Notes under the pieces: model-generated
Seen by the model: the letters and a program-made list of their open reading frames with translations, nothing else
Told to the model about the DNA's origin: nothing
Databases searched by the model: none
Position numbers and translations under genes: made by a program
Assembly (NCBI GenBank): GCA_038087875.1
Contig: CM075995.1
Location: 6,512,001 to 6,576,000 of the forward strand
Source of the DNA: Malacoraja senta
Taxonomy: Eukaryota
Length of the DNA stretch: 64,000 nucleotides
Reading direction: 5' to 3'
Part shown: piece by piece, positions 25,584-37,128 of the stretch
How the letters are laid out: every line of letters starts with the position of its first letter
Position numbering within the stretch: the first letter of the stretch is position 1

Positions 25584-28500
25584 TTACATTAATACCAAGC
25601 CAATTAGCCTACAAACCTGTACATCTTTGGAGCGTGGGAGGAAACAGGAGCACCCAGAGAAAACCCACGCAGGTCACGGGGAAAAAGTACAAGCTCCGTA
25701 CAGACAGCACCCGTACGTAGTCTGGATCAAATCCAGGTCTGTGGCGATGTGAGGCAGCGACTCTACCGCTGCGCCACCGTGCTGCCGTAGAGGTTCTGTG
25801 AAACTTGTGTCCAGGAATATACTCATTTGGACTTGCAACCCCTTAGTGACCCGCTGGATAACAATATGTGAGAGGAAGAAGCCTATTATTAAAAAAAAAA
25901 AAGACCTCATGAGATTAATGTTCGATGAGTTATTTTAATGAAGCACTGTAATTAAAATCACTTCCGGGCACATTTTTCAAGAGTCTTTATTTGGTTCACT
26001 GGTTCATTATATTGATAATCAGTGGGATCTGAGTTTGTGGGAGGCTCTTTGGTTCCCTCTGGTGGCACAGCTTCATAAGAGCTGTGGTGAATGTAATTTT
26101 GGCAAGGGATTTGTGACCATGGCTGATCTATCTTTCCCTCTCAACCCCATTCTCCTGCCTTCTCCCCGTAATCTCTGACACCCGTACTAATCAAGAATCT
26201 GTTCATCTCCACCTTCAAAATTATTATGACTTGGCCTCTGTAGTTTTCTCTGGGTGCTCTGATTTCCTCCAAAGATGTATAGGTTTGTAGGTTAAATGGC
26301 TTCGGTAAAATTGTAATTGTAAATTGTCCCTTGTGTGTGTGTGTGTAGGATAGCTCTAGTGTACAGGGTGATTGCTGGTCGGTGCAGACCCGATGGGCCG
26401 AAGGGCCTGTCATGTATCTATATTGCTGTAAATGCATCAATTATAATCATGTATTGGCTTTCTACTGACTGGATAACATGCATCAAAAGCTTTTAACTGC
26501 CCCTCGGTACACGTGACAATAATCTAAACTGTAAACTGTTACCGCGCTGTATCTCTAAAGTCTAAAAAGTCTAAGCTAAAGAGTAAAGAAAGTAAAGAAA
26601 ATGCAAGGAATGGTTTGATGTGGATCATGTGCGGACAGATGAGATTAGTATAACTAGTCATCATGTACGGCACTCTCGACCGATACGTCATCTATTCCTT
26701 TTCTCTGACTCGCTGAGTTACTCCAGCATTTTGTGTCTAACTTCAGTTTAAACTGGTATCAGCAGTTCCTTCCTACATTAACATAGGTCTGTTTCTTTTA
26801 GATTAGTTTAGTTTAGCGCAGAAACAGGCCCTTTGGCCCACCGAGTCCGCGCCGACCAGCGATCCCTATACACTAACACTATCCTACACACACTAGGGGT
26901 CAATTTACAATTTTACTGAAGCCAATTAACCTAAAAACCTGTGCGTCTTTGGAGTGTTGGAGGAAACCCACGCAGGTCACGGGGAGAACGTACAAACTCC
27001 ATACAGACAGCACCTGTTGTCAGGATCGAACCCGGGTCTCTGGCTGCTGTAAGGCAGCAACTCTACCGCTGCACCACCGTGTACTGTTTAAATATTTTAT
27101 TACTTGTCCAATGTCTCAGCCTTCTCTTTACTTCTCCCCAGCTCAATATCACTGGTGTTAGCAGGAATAAAACATCTTGCTGGTGTCTATTATTTGACAG
27201 CTGGTGTCTTGTCTTAGGCCGAACTAACTTAAAAATAGCTCTTGCTAGTTCCCCCTTTGCTATCTTTCTCCTTTCCGACACCAGGTTCTGCTTCCTGAAA
27301 GGTGTTTCCACCACCAACTGCTGTCTTTAGACTCTGGTGATACAGCATGGAAACAGGCCCTTCGGCCCACCAAGTCTGCGACGACCAGCAATCGCCGCGT
27401 GCGTACACTAGCGCTATCCTACACACACTCGGGACAATTTACAATTTTTACCGAAGCCAGTGAACCTGCGAGTCTTTGGATTGTGGGAGGAAACCGGAGC
27501 ATGGTCATGGGGAGAACGTACAAACTCCGTACAGACAGCACCCGTGGTCAGGATGGAACCCAGGTCTCTGGCGCTGTGAGGCGGCAACTCTACCACTGCA
27601 CCGCCCCCAATAATGAGATTCTGTTACTTGCCTACAGTTGGATAGTATTCAGGCATTTAAATCGCTGAAGCATCCAGAGACTTGGCCTGCACCCACTAAC
27701 CCTCCCACTCCCAGCCACAAAGTCATACAGCACGGTCACAAGCCTTTCGGCTGAACTCATCCAAGGTGTAGAATCCTCATGATCATTGCCTCAACTGAAG
27801 AAGTTATTAGGTTTAGGTGTATTATTGTCACGTGTACCGAGGTACAGTGAAAAGCTTTGTTTTGCATTCTATCCAAACAGCTCAGGTAATACTGTAAATA
27901 AATACAGTCAAGTCCAATTCAAGTACAATAGATAGAGCAATGGGGAAGGTACAGAATGCAGAATCAGGCAACTGAACCATCCTACCAACAACTAGCGAGC
28001 AGTCCTGAGCTACTATCTACCTCATTGGAGACCCTCGGACTATCTCTAATCGGACCTGACTAGACTTTACCTTGCACTAAACGTTATTCCCTTATCATGT
28101 TTCTGTACATTGTGGACAGCTTGATTGTAATCATGTGTTGTCTTTCCGCTGACAGGATAGCACGCAACAAAAAAGCTTCTCACCATATTTGGGTACACAT
28201 GACAAGAAACTAAACTAAACTAAACAAATATAGTTGTAGCAAAAAATGTGGGTGGCACGGTGGTGCAATGGTGGAGTTGTCGCCTCACAGTGCCAGAGAC
28301 CCGGGTTCGATCCTGACTATGTGTACTGTCTGTACGGAGTTTGTACGTTCTCCCTGTGACCGCATGATTTTCCCCGAGCTCCAGTTACCTCCCACACTCC
28401 AAAGACGTACAGGTTTATAGGTTAATAATTGGCTTCGGTAAAAATTGTGAATTGTCCCTAGTGTGTAGGATAGGGCTAGTGCACGGGGTGATGCGGACTC

Positions 28501-28629
28501 GGTGGGCCGAAGGGCCTGTTTCCGCGCTGGATCTCAAAACTAAACTAAACGAAGCATTGTCTATGAAACTGATACGCGGAAATACACTACAAAGTCCAAT
28601 GTCCACAATGGGGTAGAGGTGAATCAGAC

Positions 28630-29425
28630 TGTCAGCAAGACAAAGGAGATAGTGATCGACTTCAGGAAGTGAAGCAGTTCACACACCACAGTTTGCATTG
28701 ATGGCGCTGAAGTAGAGATAGTTGAAAACGTCAGATTCTTAGAAGTCAATATCACCAACAACTTCTCCCGTACCACCCATATTGAAGCAACGACCAAGAA
28801 AGCACACCAACGCCTCTACTTCCTTAGAAGGCTTAGGAAGTTTTGCATGTCCCCTACAACTCTCACCAACTTCTACAGATGCGCCGTAGAATGCATTTTA
28901 TCAGGATGCATCACAGCTTGGTTTGGGAACAGCTCCATCCAAGACCCGCAAGAAATTGCAGCAAATTGTGGACGCAGCCCAGACCATCACACAAACCAAC
29001 CTCCCTTCCATTGACTCAATTTATACCTCACATTGCCTCGGCAAGGCAAGCAGCATAATCAAGGACAGTCACACCCTGGCCACTCCCTCTTCTCCCCTCT
29101 CCCATCAGGCAAAAGGTACAGAAGGGTGAAAATGCACACCTCCAGATTCAGGGACAGTTTCTTCCCAGCTGTTATCAGGCAACTGAACCATCCTACCACA
29201 ACCAGAGAGCGGTCCTGAACTACTATCTACCTCTTTGGTGACCCTCAGACTATCTTTGATCGGACCTTGCTGGCTTTACCTTGTATTAAACGTTATTCCC
29301 TTCATCATGTATCTGTACACTGTAAATGGATCGATTGTAATCATGTGTTGTCTTTCCGCTGACTGGATACCACGCAACAAAAGCTTTTCACTGTACCTCG
29401 GTACACGTGACAATAAACTAAACTA
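28630..29425 (+). mobile_element. Rex1/Babar-clade LINE 3' fragment
   Basis: Reads KTKEIVIDFRK...KAHQRLYFLRRLRKF and HPGHSLFSPLPSGKRYR...RFRDSFFPAVIRQLN; 3' UTR ends gtgacaataaactaaac. This UTR recurs many times (e.g. 19790-19905, 31780-31900, 38645-38770). Confidence 0.8.
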
Positions 29426-30359
29426 TAGTACCCTAGCTCATGGAAGGACCGTTCGGAAATGTAATGGCAGGGGAAGAATGATACGAAACGATATAATTTT
29501 ATTTATTCCAGGAAATTGATCTGCCAAAGGTCATAAAACACAAGATACATGAAACACAAAATTAAATTGACGAGTGGAAAAGATTGGGGATGTGCAAAGA
29601 TTGGGGTGGGGTGGGGTGGGGGGGGGGTGGGGGAGAGGGAGGGGAGTCAGTCTACCCCACGGCAGAAGGGGGAAGATTTCTATAGATTGATAGCGACAGG
29701 GAAAAATTATCTCCTGTGGTGCTCTGTTTTGAGTCTTGGTGGAATCAGTCTGTTGCTGAAGGTGCTCCTCAGCTTGACCAGTGTGTCATGGAGGGGGTGA
29801 GCGGCATTGTCCAGTTTGAGGAGCATCCTCCCCTACAAGACCAACCTCCCATGAATCCAACTCCGCCCCCAGGATGTAGCCAGCCTTCCCGATGACCTTG
29901 CTGTTATACCAGGTCTGTGGTCAATAGACAATAGACAATAGGTGCAGGAGTAGGCCATTCGGCCCTTCGAGCCAGCACCGCCATTCAATGTGATCATGGC
30001 TGATCATCCCCAATCAGTACCCGTTCCTGCCTTCTCCCCATATCCCCTGAGAGCCCTATCTAGCTCTCTCTTGAAAGCATCCAGAGAACCTGCCTCCTGA
30101 GGCAGAGAATTCCACAGACTCACCACTCTCTGTGAGAAAATGTGTTTCCTCGTCTCCGTTCTAAATGGCTTACTCCTTATTCTTAAACTGTGGCCCCTGG
30201 TTCTGGACTCCCCCAACACCGGGAACATGTTTCCTGCCTCTAGCGTGTCCAAAGGTCCTGTTCCTGTTTCCTTCCAGATTTCCTTTTGTTGACTTCACCG
30301 CTCTCAGGTGACAGGAGAGCAACATCAGAATTGATTTTGATGCCTTGAAAATTGGTTAG

Positions 30360-30670
30360 ATTTAGTTTAGTTTAGTTTAGAGATACAGCACGAAAACAGG
30401 CCCTTCGGCCCACCGAGTCCGCATCGACCAGCGATCCCCGCACATTAACACTATCCTGCACACACTAGGGACTATTTTACATTTATACCAAGCCAATTAA
30501 CCTACAAACCTGTACGTCTCTGGAGTGTGGGAGGAAACCGAAGATCTCGGTGAAAACCCACTCAGGTCGCGGGGAGAACGTACAAACTCCTTACAGACGA
30601 GCACCCGTAGTGAAGATCGCACCCGGCTCTCTGGCACTGCGGCAGCAACTCTACCGCTGCGCTACCGTGT
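30360..30670 (-). mobile_element. V-SINE (HE1-like)
   Basis: Reverse complement of the SINE consensus with (TTTAG)n at the left end. Confidence 0.8.
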
Positions 30671-32013
30671 TAGTTCTTGCTTTTGGCTTTTTTCCAATGA
30701 TAAATAGTTGTAGAATAGCTAGATGGTAGCTCTTTACAGGCCACTCTATTTGGAGAACTAGGAGCATGTCACAGAGTTGTTGTCCAACACTGAAAAGAGC
30801 CCTTCGGCCCACAATGTCAATGCAGACCATTTTGCCCACCTCCAATAGGTATTAGGTTTACCTCTCTTTCTTTCCTCCGCCCCATTTCTTGGAAATAAAG
30901 TGTTGAGTATAGAAGTTGGGAGGTCATGTTGTAGTTGTATAGGATGTTGGTGAGGAATGTTATAGGAAAGATGTCAAGCTGGAAAGGGTGCAGAGAAGAT
31001 GTACGAGGATGTTGCCAGGAATCGAGGGTCTGAGCTGTAGGGAGAGGTTAAGCAGGCTAGGACTCTATTCCTTGGAGCGCAGGAGGATGAGGGGTCATTT
31101 TATGGAGATGTACAAAATCATGAGGGGAATAGATTGGGTAAATACACAGAGTCTCTTGCCCACATAAGGGGAATCGAGAACCATTGGACATCGGTTTAAG
31201 GTGAGGGGTGGAATGATTTAATGGAAAACTGAGGGGTAACGTTTATACACAAAGGGTGGTAGGTGTATGGAACGAGCTGCCAGAGGAGGTAGTTGAGGCA
31301 GGGACTATCCCAATATTTAAGAAAAAGTGAGACAGGTACATGGATAGGACAGGTTTGGAGGGATATGGGCCAAATGCAGGCAGGTGGGACAAGTGTAGCT
31401 GGGACTTGTTGGTCGGTGTGGGCAAGTTGGGCCGAAGGGCCTGTTTCCACGCTATATGACTCTATGACTGCTGACAGGAAGGGAAGAGGCTATGTGTTTG
31501 TTTTTTTTAGTTTCGTTTATGGTCACGTGTACCAAGCTACAGTGAAAAGCTTTTTGTTGCGTGCTAACCAGTCAGCAGAAAGACAATTCATGATCAGGTA
31601 ACTGAACCATCCTACCAACAACTGGAGAGTGGTTCTGATCTATCATCTACCTCATTGAAGACCCTCGGACTATCTTTAATTGACCTTTACTGGATCTAAT
31701 CTTACACAAAACATTATTAGATTAGATTAGATTAGATTAGAATAACTATTCATGTTATTCCCTTTGAAATGTAATGGTACACTGCGAATGGCTCGATTGT
31801 AATCATGTATTGTCTTTCTGCTGACTGGTTAGCACGCAACAAAAGCTTTTCACTGTACCTCGATACACGTGACAATAAACCAAACTTAAACTAACTAAAC
31901 TAAGGGATGTAATGCTGAGGCTCTATGAGGCACTGCTCAGACCGCATTTGGAATATTATGAGTAGTTTTGGGCTTCATATCTGAGGAAGGATGTGCTGGC
32001 GTTGGAGAGGGTC

Positions 32014-32149
32014 TTCTTCTTTTGTGTGGCGTGCACAGCCTAAAGTTGTTGGACAACTTGTTCTATTTGATCTTCCGTTTGTCAACATCGAGTTGATTGC
32101 ATTAGTCGAAACAGGGCAGACCACGTGAAGGTTGCAATCTTCCACCCCA
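32014..32149 (-). mobile_element. 136-bp non-autonomous retro-insertion headed by an HDV-like ribozyme
   Basis: Flanked by GGAGAGGGTC (32004-32013) and GGAAAGGGTC (32150-32159) inside a CR1; minus strand ends ...cacacaaaaGAAGAA; no tRNA A/B boxes. Confidence 0.8.
32095..32148 (-). ncRNA. Minimal HDV/CPEB3-like self-cleaving ribozyme
   Basis: GGGGUGG(P1) AA GAUUGCA(P2) ACC(P3) UUCACGU(L3) GGU(P3') CUGCCCU(P1') GU UUCGA CUAA(J4/2) UGCAAUC(P2'). All nested double-pseudoknot pairings can be drawn. Confidence 0.8.
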
Positions 32150-32682
32150 GGAAAGGGTCCAGAGGAGGTTTACGAGAATGATCCCGGGAATGATTGGGTT
32201 AACGTGATGAACATTTGAAGGCACAGAGCCTGTACTCGCTGGAGTTTACAAGGACCTCACTGAGACTTACCAAGTTGTGAAAGGCCTGGAGAGTGTGGAT
32301 GTGGAGAGGATGTTTCCACTCGTGGGACAGTCTAGGAATAGAGGTCATAGCCTCAGAATTGTAAGGACGTGGCTTTAAAAAATAGACGAGGAGGAATTTC
32401 TTTAGTCACCGGGTGGTGAATCTGTGGAACTCATTGGCACCGACAGCTGTGGAGGCCAAGTCAATGGGTATTTACAGTGTAACGCAGAGATTGACAGATT
32501 CTTGATTAGTTGGGGGTTATGGGGAGAAGGCAGGAGAATGGGGTTGAGTGGGAAAGATAGATCAGCCATGACTGAATGGCGGAGTAAACTTGATGGGCCG
32601 AATGGCCGAATTCTGCTCCTACAACCTATGAAATTATGAGTGGTCTTGAGCTACTATCTACCTCATTGGAGACCCTCGGACT

Positions 32683-32908
32683 CGGAATGGTACCATTCGG
32701 TGCCGCCATTTAGGCACCGCCGGTTCGCTTTTTCGGGATGTTAGGGTTAGGGTTTCGGGGTGTTAGGGTTAGGGTTTTGGGGTGTTAGGGTTTCAGGGTT
32801 TTGGGGTGTTAGGGTTAGGGTTTCGGGGTGTTAGGGTTAGGGTTCTAATGAGTACAGATATTATAAACGGAGGCGCCGAAACAGCGGCGCCGAAAAGTAC
32901 CCGACCCC
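32683..32908. mobile_element. Short non-autonomous DNA transposon with 8-bp TSD carrying telomere-like repeats (Zisupton-like, tentative)
   Basis: CTCGGACT duplicated at 32675-32682 and 32909-32916; imperfect terminal inverted motif GGTAC(n)TTCGGYGCCGC. Confidence 0.65.
32740..32844 (+). repeat. Interstitial TTAGGG-containing 22-bp tandem repeat
   Basis: Units of TTAGGGTTAGGGTTT(C/T)GGGGTG repeated about 4.5 times. Confidence 0.9.
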
Positions 32909-33769
32909 CTCGGACTATCTTTGATCAGACTTTACTGGACTTTATCTTGCACTAAACGTTATTCACATTATTCCCTTTACCCTGTGTCTGTACACTGTGG
33001 ACGGCTCGATTGTAACCGTGCATTGTCTTTCCGCTGATTGGTTAGCACGCAACAAATGTGCGGCACAGTGGCGCAGCGGTAGAGTTGCTGCCTTGCAGAA
33101 CCAGAGACCCGGGTTCAATCCCGACTGCGGGTGCTGTCTGTACGGAGTTTTACGTTCTCCCCGTGACCTGCGTGGGTTTTCCCCGGGTGCTCCGGTTTCC
33201 TCCCACACTCCAAAGTCGTACAGGTTTGTGTGTTCGGGTTAGTGTTAGTGTGTGGGGATTGCTGGTCGGCGTGGACTCAGTGGGCTGAAGGCTCTGTTTC
33301 TGCACTGTATCTCTGCACTAAACTAAACTAAACGCTATCCACTGTACCTCGGTACACGTGACAATAAACTAAACTAAACTGTGTATTAAATCATGAGAGG
33401 AATAGATCGGGTAAAAGCACAGAGTCTCTTGCCCAGAGTACGGGAATCGAGGATCAGAAGACATAGGTATCAGATGAGGGGGAAAGAATCAATAAGAATC
33501 TGAGGGGTATCTTTCCCGTGCAAAGGATGGTGGGTGTATGGAACAAGCTGCCAGAGGAGGTAGTTGAAGCAGGAACTATCACAACGTTTAAGAAACATTT
33601 AGGCAGGTACATGGTTAGGACAGGTTTAGAGGGATATGGGCCAAACACAGGCAGGTGGGGCTAGTGTAGATGGGGCATGTTGGTCAGTGTGGGAAAGGGC
33701 CTGTTTCCACGCTGTACGACTATGACTCTCTAACTAACTAAATTAATCTAACTAAATTAATTTAAATCG

Positions 33770-34145
33770 CCTACCACCCAGCGATGTGAATATTGACCTT
33801 TCTAACTGCAAGTCACCCTTGCTTTCCCTCTCTCTCTCCATCCCTCCTCCATCCCAGTGCTCCTACTAGTTTGACTGTCCCCCCCGATTAAATTTTACTG
33901 ATTGTACGCCTCGTTGTCACCTTCCCCTCAGCTGATAATGAACCATTCCTACATATTCCTTGAACAATGTCCCCATTTGATCTCTCGTTTTTACACCTTA
34001 CCCTTCCCCAGCTCTGTGTCCTCCCTCTCCCCTGACTCTCAGTCTGAAGAAGGGTCTCGGCCCAAAAAGTCACCCGTTCCTTCTCCCCCGAGATGCCGCC
34101 TGTCCCCACTGAGTTTACGACTTCAGCATTTTGTGTCTACCTTTG
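33770..34145 (+). mobile_element. Penelope-like 3' end with degenerate hammerhead motif
   Basis: cccagcgatgtgaatattgac (end of the GIY-YIG ORF), then ctgaagaagggtctcggcccaaaaagtc and the tail. Confidence 0.7.
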
Positions 34146-34219
34146 GTGGCGACAATTGATCCATCCACTCTCCTGCGTCGCCGACTTTTAACCGCGTACT
34201 CTCTTTGGTTGTGCCGCAG

Positions 34220-35210
34220 GTTTCGAGAGGAATGAACGGGACCGCTCAGATCGGCACGAGTGCCAAGAAGGGCCGCGAGGTGAGAGCCTCGCCGTCCAAG
34301 ACTGTGAAGTACACTGCAACGGTGACAAAGGGAAACGTTACTTACACCAAAGCCAAGAGAGAACTGGTCAAGGAGACCAGGCCGAACCACGTCAAGCCGA
34401 GTGTAGCCGTTAACCACACAACCTCAGGGAAAACAGAAAGCAACAATGCAAAATCCAGAAAACAGGTGCTATCCAGTGTGACGCCCCATCAAACCGGTGC
34501 TGGCCTCGGCTGCATCAAGCTCAACGGGAAGGTGAACGGGAGGGCATCTGCCAAAGGTGAAGTCAGAGAGATCAAAGAAGGACTACGGACATCCAAGCGG
34601 AGGCACGAGGAGTTCAAGCAGGTAGCGAAGCCGCCGTCGCCCTCGAAGAGGGTGAAAGGGGCGGGGGCCGAGAGTCACAAAGCAAACTCTAAAGAGAAGA
34701 CTCGACAGAACGGACGGATCAAGTGCGAGACTCCGGTGAAGAACAGCGAAAGGCAGAGGCTCAGGAAGGCTTCTCTAGGTAGGAACACTCCAAGCAAACA
34801 AGCACTGGGCAAATTGGAAAGTGCCTCCAGCGAATCTAGTTCTACCTCAGTGACAGAGTCCGCGAACAAGGCGCTCGACTCTCAGGCGAAACAGGAGAAG
34901 GGCGGCAAAACGGGCGCGGCGCCGGTGGGAGATGTCCCCGTGCTCAGGCCCAGCCACAAGGAGTTTCACGACCCGCTGGCCTACATGGAGGTTGTGAGAA
35001 CTCAGGCCGAGGGGTTCGGCATGTGCCGGGTGGTGCCTCCCGCGGACTGGCGGCCCGAGTGCAAGCTGAACGACGAGATGCGCTTCGTCACACAGATCCA
35101 ACACGTGCACAAACTGGGCCGGCGCTGGGGCCCCAACGTACAGCGGCTGGCCTGCATCAAGAAACACCTCAGATCTCAGGGCATTACCATAGAGGAACCC
35201 CCACTCATAG
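34220..35210 (+). CDS. jarid2: JARID2 large internal exon containing JmjN and the start of the ARID region
   Basis: Acceptor ccgcag|GTT, donor ATAG|gtaagc; 991 nt (phase 0 to phase 1). Contains [28 protein letters not shown], the JmjN motif [22 protein letters not shown]...[17 protein letters not shown], and [31 protein letters not shown]. Confidence 0.97.
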
Positions 35211-35516
35211 GTAAGCCATCCTCTGCGACGTGGCCGGCACAGCGCGCGCGTGTGGAACCCTATACCCATCGAGGGGAAGAACAAAGGAAGAGTCGGCGGA
35301 AAGACAAAACATGATTACAATCTAAGATAGGCACAAAATGCTGGAGTAACTCAGCGGGACAGGCAGCATCTCTGGAGAGAAGGAATGGGTGACGTTTCTG
35401 GTTGAGACCCTTCTGCAGACCCGACCCGAAACGTCAACCATTCCTTCTCTCCTACGACGCTGAGTTACTCCGGCATTTTGTGTCTCATCTTCGGTGTTAA
35501 CCAGCATCTGCAATCA

Positions 35517-37128
35517 CAGTGTCCTCCATAATGTTTGGGACAAAGACCCATCGTTTATTTATTTGCCTTTGTACTTCACAATTTGAGATTTGTAACAGAA
35601 AAAAAAATCACACGTGGTTAAAGTGCACATTGTCAGATTTTTATTAAAGGCCATTTTTATACATTTTGGTTTCACCATGTAGAAATTACAGCAGTGTTTA
35701 TACATAGTCCCCCCATTTCAGGGCACCATAATGTTTGGGACACATGGCTTCACAGGCGTTTGTAATTGCTCAGGTGTGTTTAATTGCCTCCTTAATGCAG
35801 GTATAAGAGAGCTCTCAGCACCTAGTCTTTCCTCCAGTCTTTCCATCACCTTTGGAAACTTTTATTGCTGTTTATCAACATGAGGACCAAAGTTGTGCCA
35901 TTGAAAGTTAAAGAAACCATTATGAGACTGAGAAACAAGAATAAAACTGTTAAGAGACATCAGCCAAACCTTAGGCTTACCAAAATCAACTGTTTGGAAT
36001 ATCATTAAGAAGAAAGAGAGCACTGGCGAGCTTATTAATTGCAAAGGGACTGGCAGGCCAAGGAAAACCTCCACAGCTGATGACAGAAGAATTCTCTCTA
36101 TAATAAAGAAAAATCCCCAAACACCTGTCCGACAGATCAGAAACACTCTTCAGGAGTCAGGTGTGGCTTAGTCAATGACCACTGCCCGCAGAAGACTTCA
36201 TAAACAGAAATACAGAGGCCACACTGCAAGATGCAAACCACTGGTTAGCCGCTAAAATAGGATGGCCAGGTTACAGTTTGCCAAGTAGTACTTAAAAGAG
36301 CATCCACAGTTCTGGAAAAAGGTCTGGTGGACAGATGAGACGAAGATTAACTTATATCAGATGGCAAGAGAAGGAACTGCCCAGATCCAAAGCATACCAC
36401 CTCATCTGTGAAACACGGTGGTGGGCGTGTTATGGCCTGGGCATGTTTGGCTGCTGAAGGTACTGGCTCACTTATCGTCATTGATGATACAACTGCTGAT
36501 GGTAGTAGCATAATGAATTCTGAAGTGTATAGACACATCCTATCTGCTCAAGTTCACACAAAAGCCTCAAAACTCATTGGCCGGCGGTTCATTCTACAGC
36601 AAGACAATGATCCCAAACATACTGCTAAAGTAACAAAGGAGTTTTTCAAAGCTAAAAAATGGTAAATTCTTGTGGCCAAGTCAATCACCTGATCTGAACC
36701 CAATTGATCATGCCTTTTATATGCTGAAGAGAAAACTGAAGGGGACTAGCCCCCAAAACAAGCATAAGCTAAAAATGGCTGCAATATAGGCCTGGCAGAG
36801 CATCACCAGAGAAGACACCCAGCAACTGGTGATGTCCATGAATGGCAGACTTTAAGCAGTGATTGCATGCAAAAGATGCAACAAAATACTAAACATGACT
36901 ACTTTAATTTACATGACACTGCTGTGTCCCAAACATTATGGTGCCCTGAAATGGGGGGGGACTATGTATTATAAACACAGCTGTAATTTCTACATGGTGA
37001 AACCAAAATGTTTAAAAATGGTCTTTATTAAAATCTGACAATGTGCACTTTAACCACGTGATTTTTTTCTATTACAAATCTCAAATTGTGGAGTACAGAG
37101 GCAAATATATAAATGATGGAGGGCACTG
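35517..37128 (+). mobile_element. Tc1/mariner transposon (second family) with degenerate transposase
   Basis: CAGTGTCCTCCATAATGTTTGGGAC...GGAGGGCACTG|TA; long TIRs with inner repeat cataatgtttgggaca. Transposase remnants from ATG 35880 to about 36892 (WTDETK, KHGGG, QQDNDPKHTAK) carry stops and frameshifts. Inserted in a Penelope tail. Confidence 0.9.

Noticed and set aside
32740..32844. True telomere or chromosome-fusion scar
   Set aside because: Short, single-orientation, built of 22-bp composite units and enclosed by a TSD-bounded insert.
35211..35314. ORF extension beyond the JARID2 exon (also 15621-15681, 15918-16055, 54157-54199, 54688-54822)
   Set aside because: Intronic read-through past canonical splice sites; similarity to JARID2 stops at the GT/AG boundaries.
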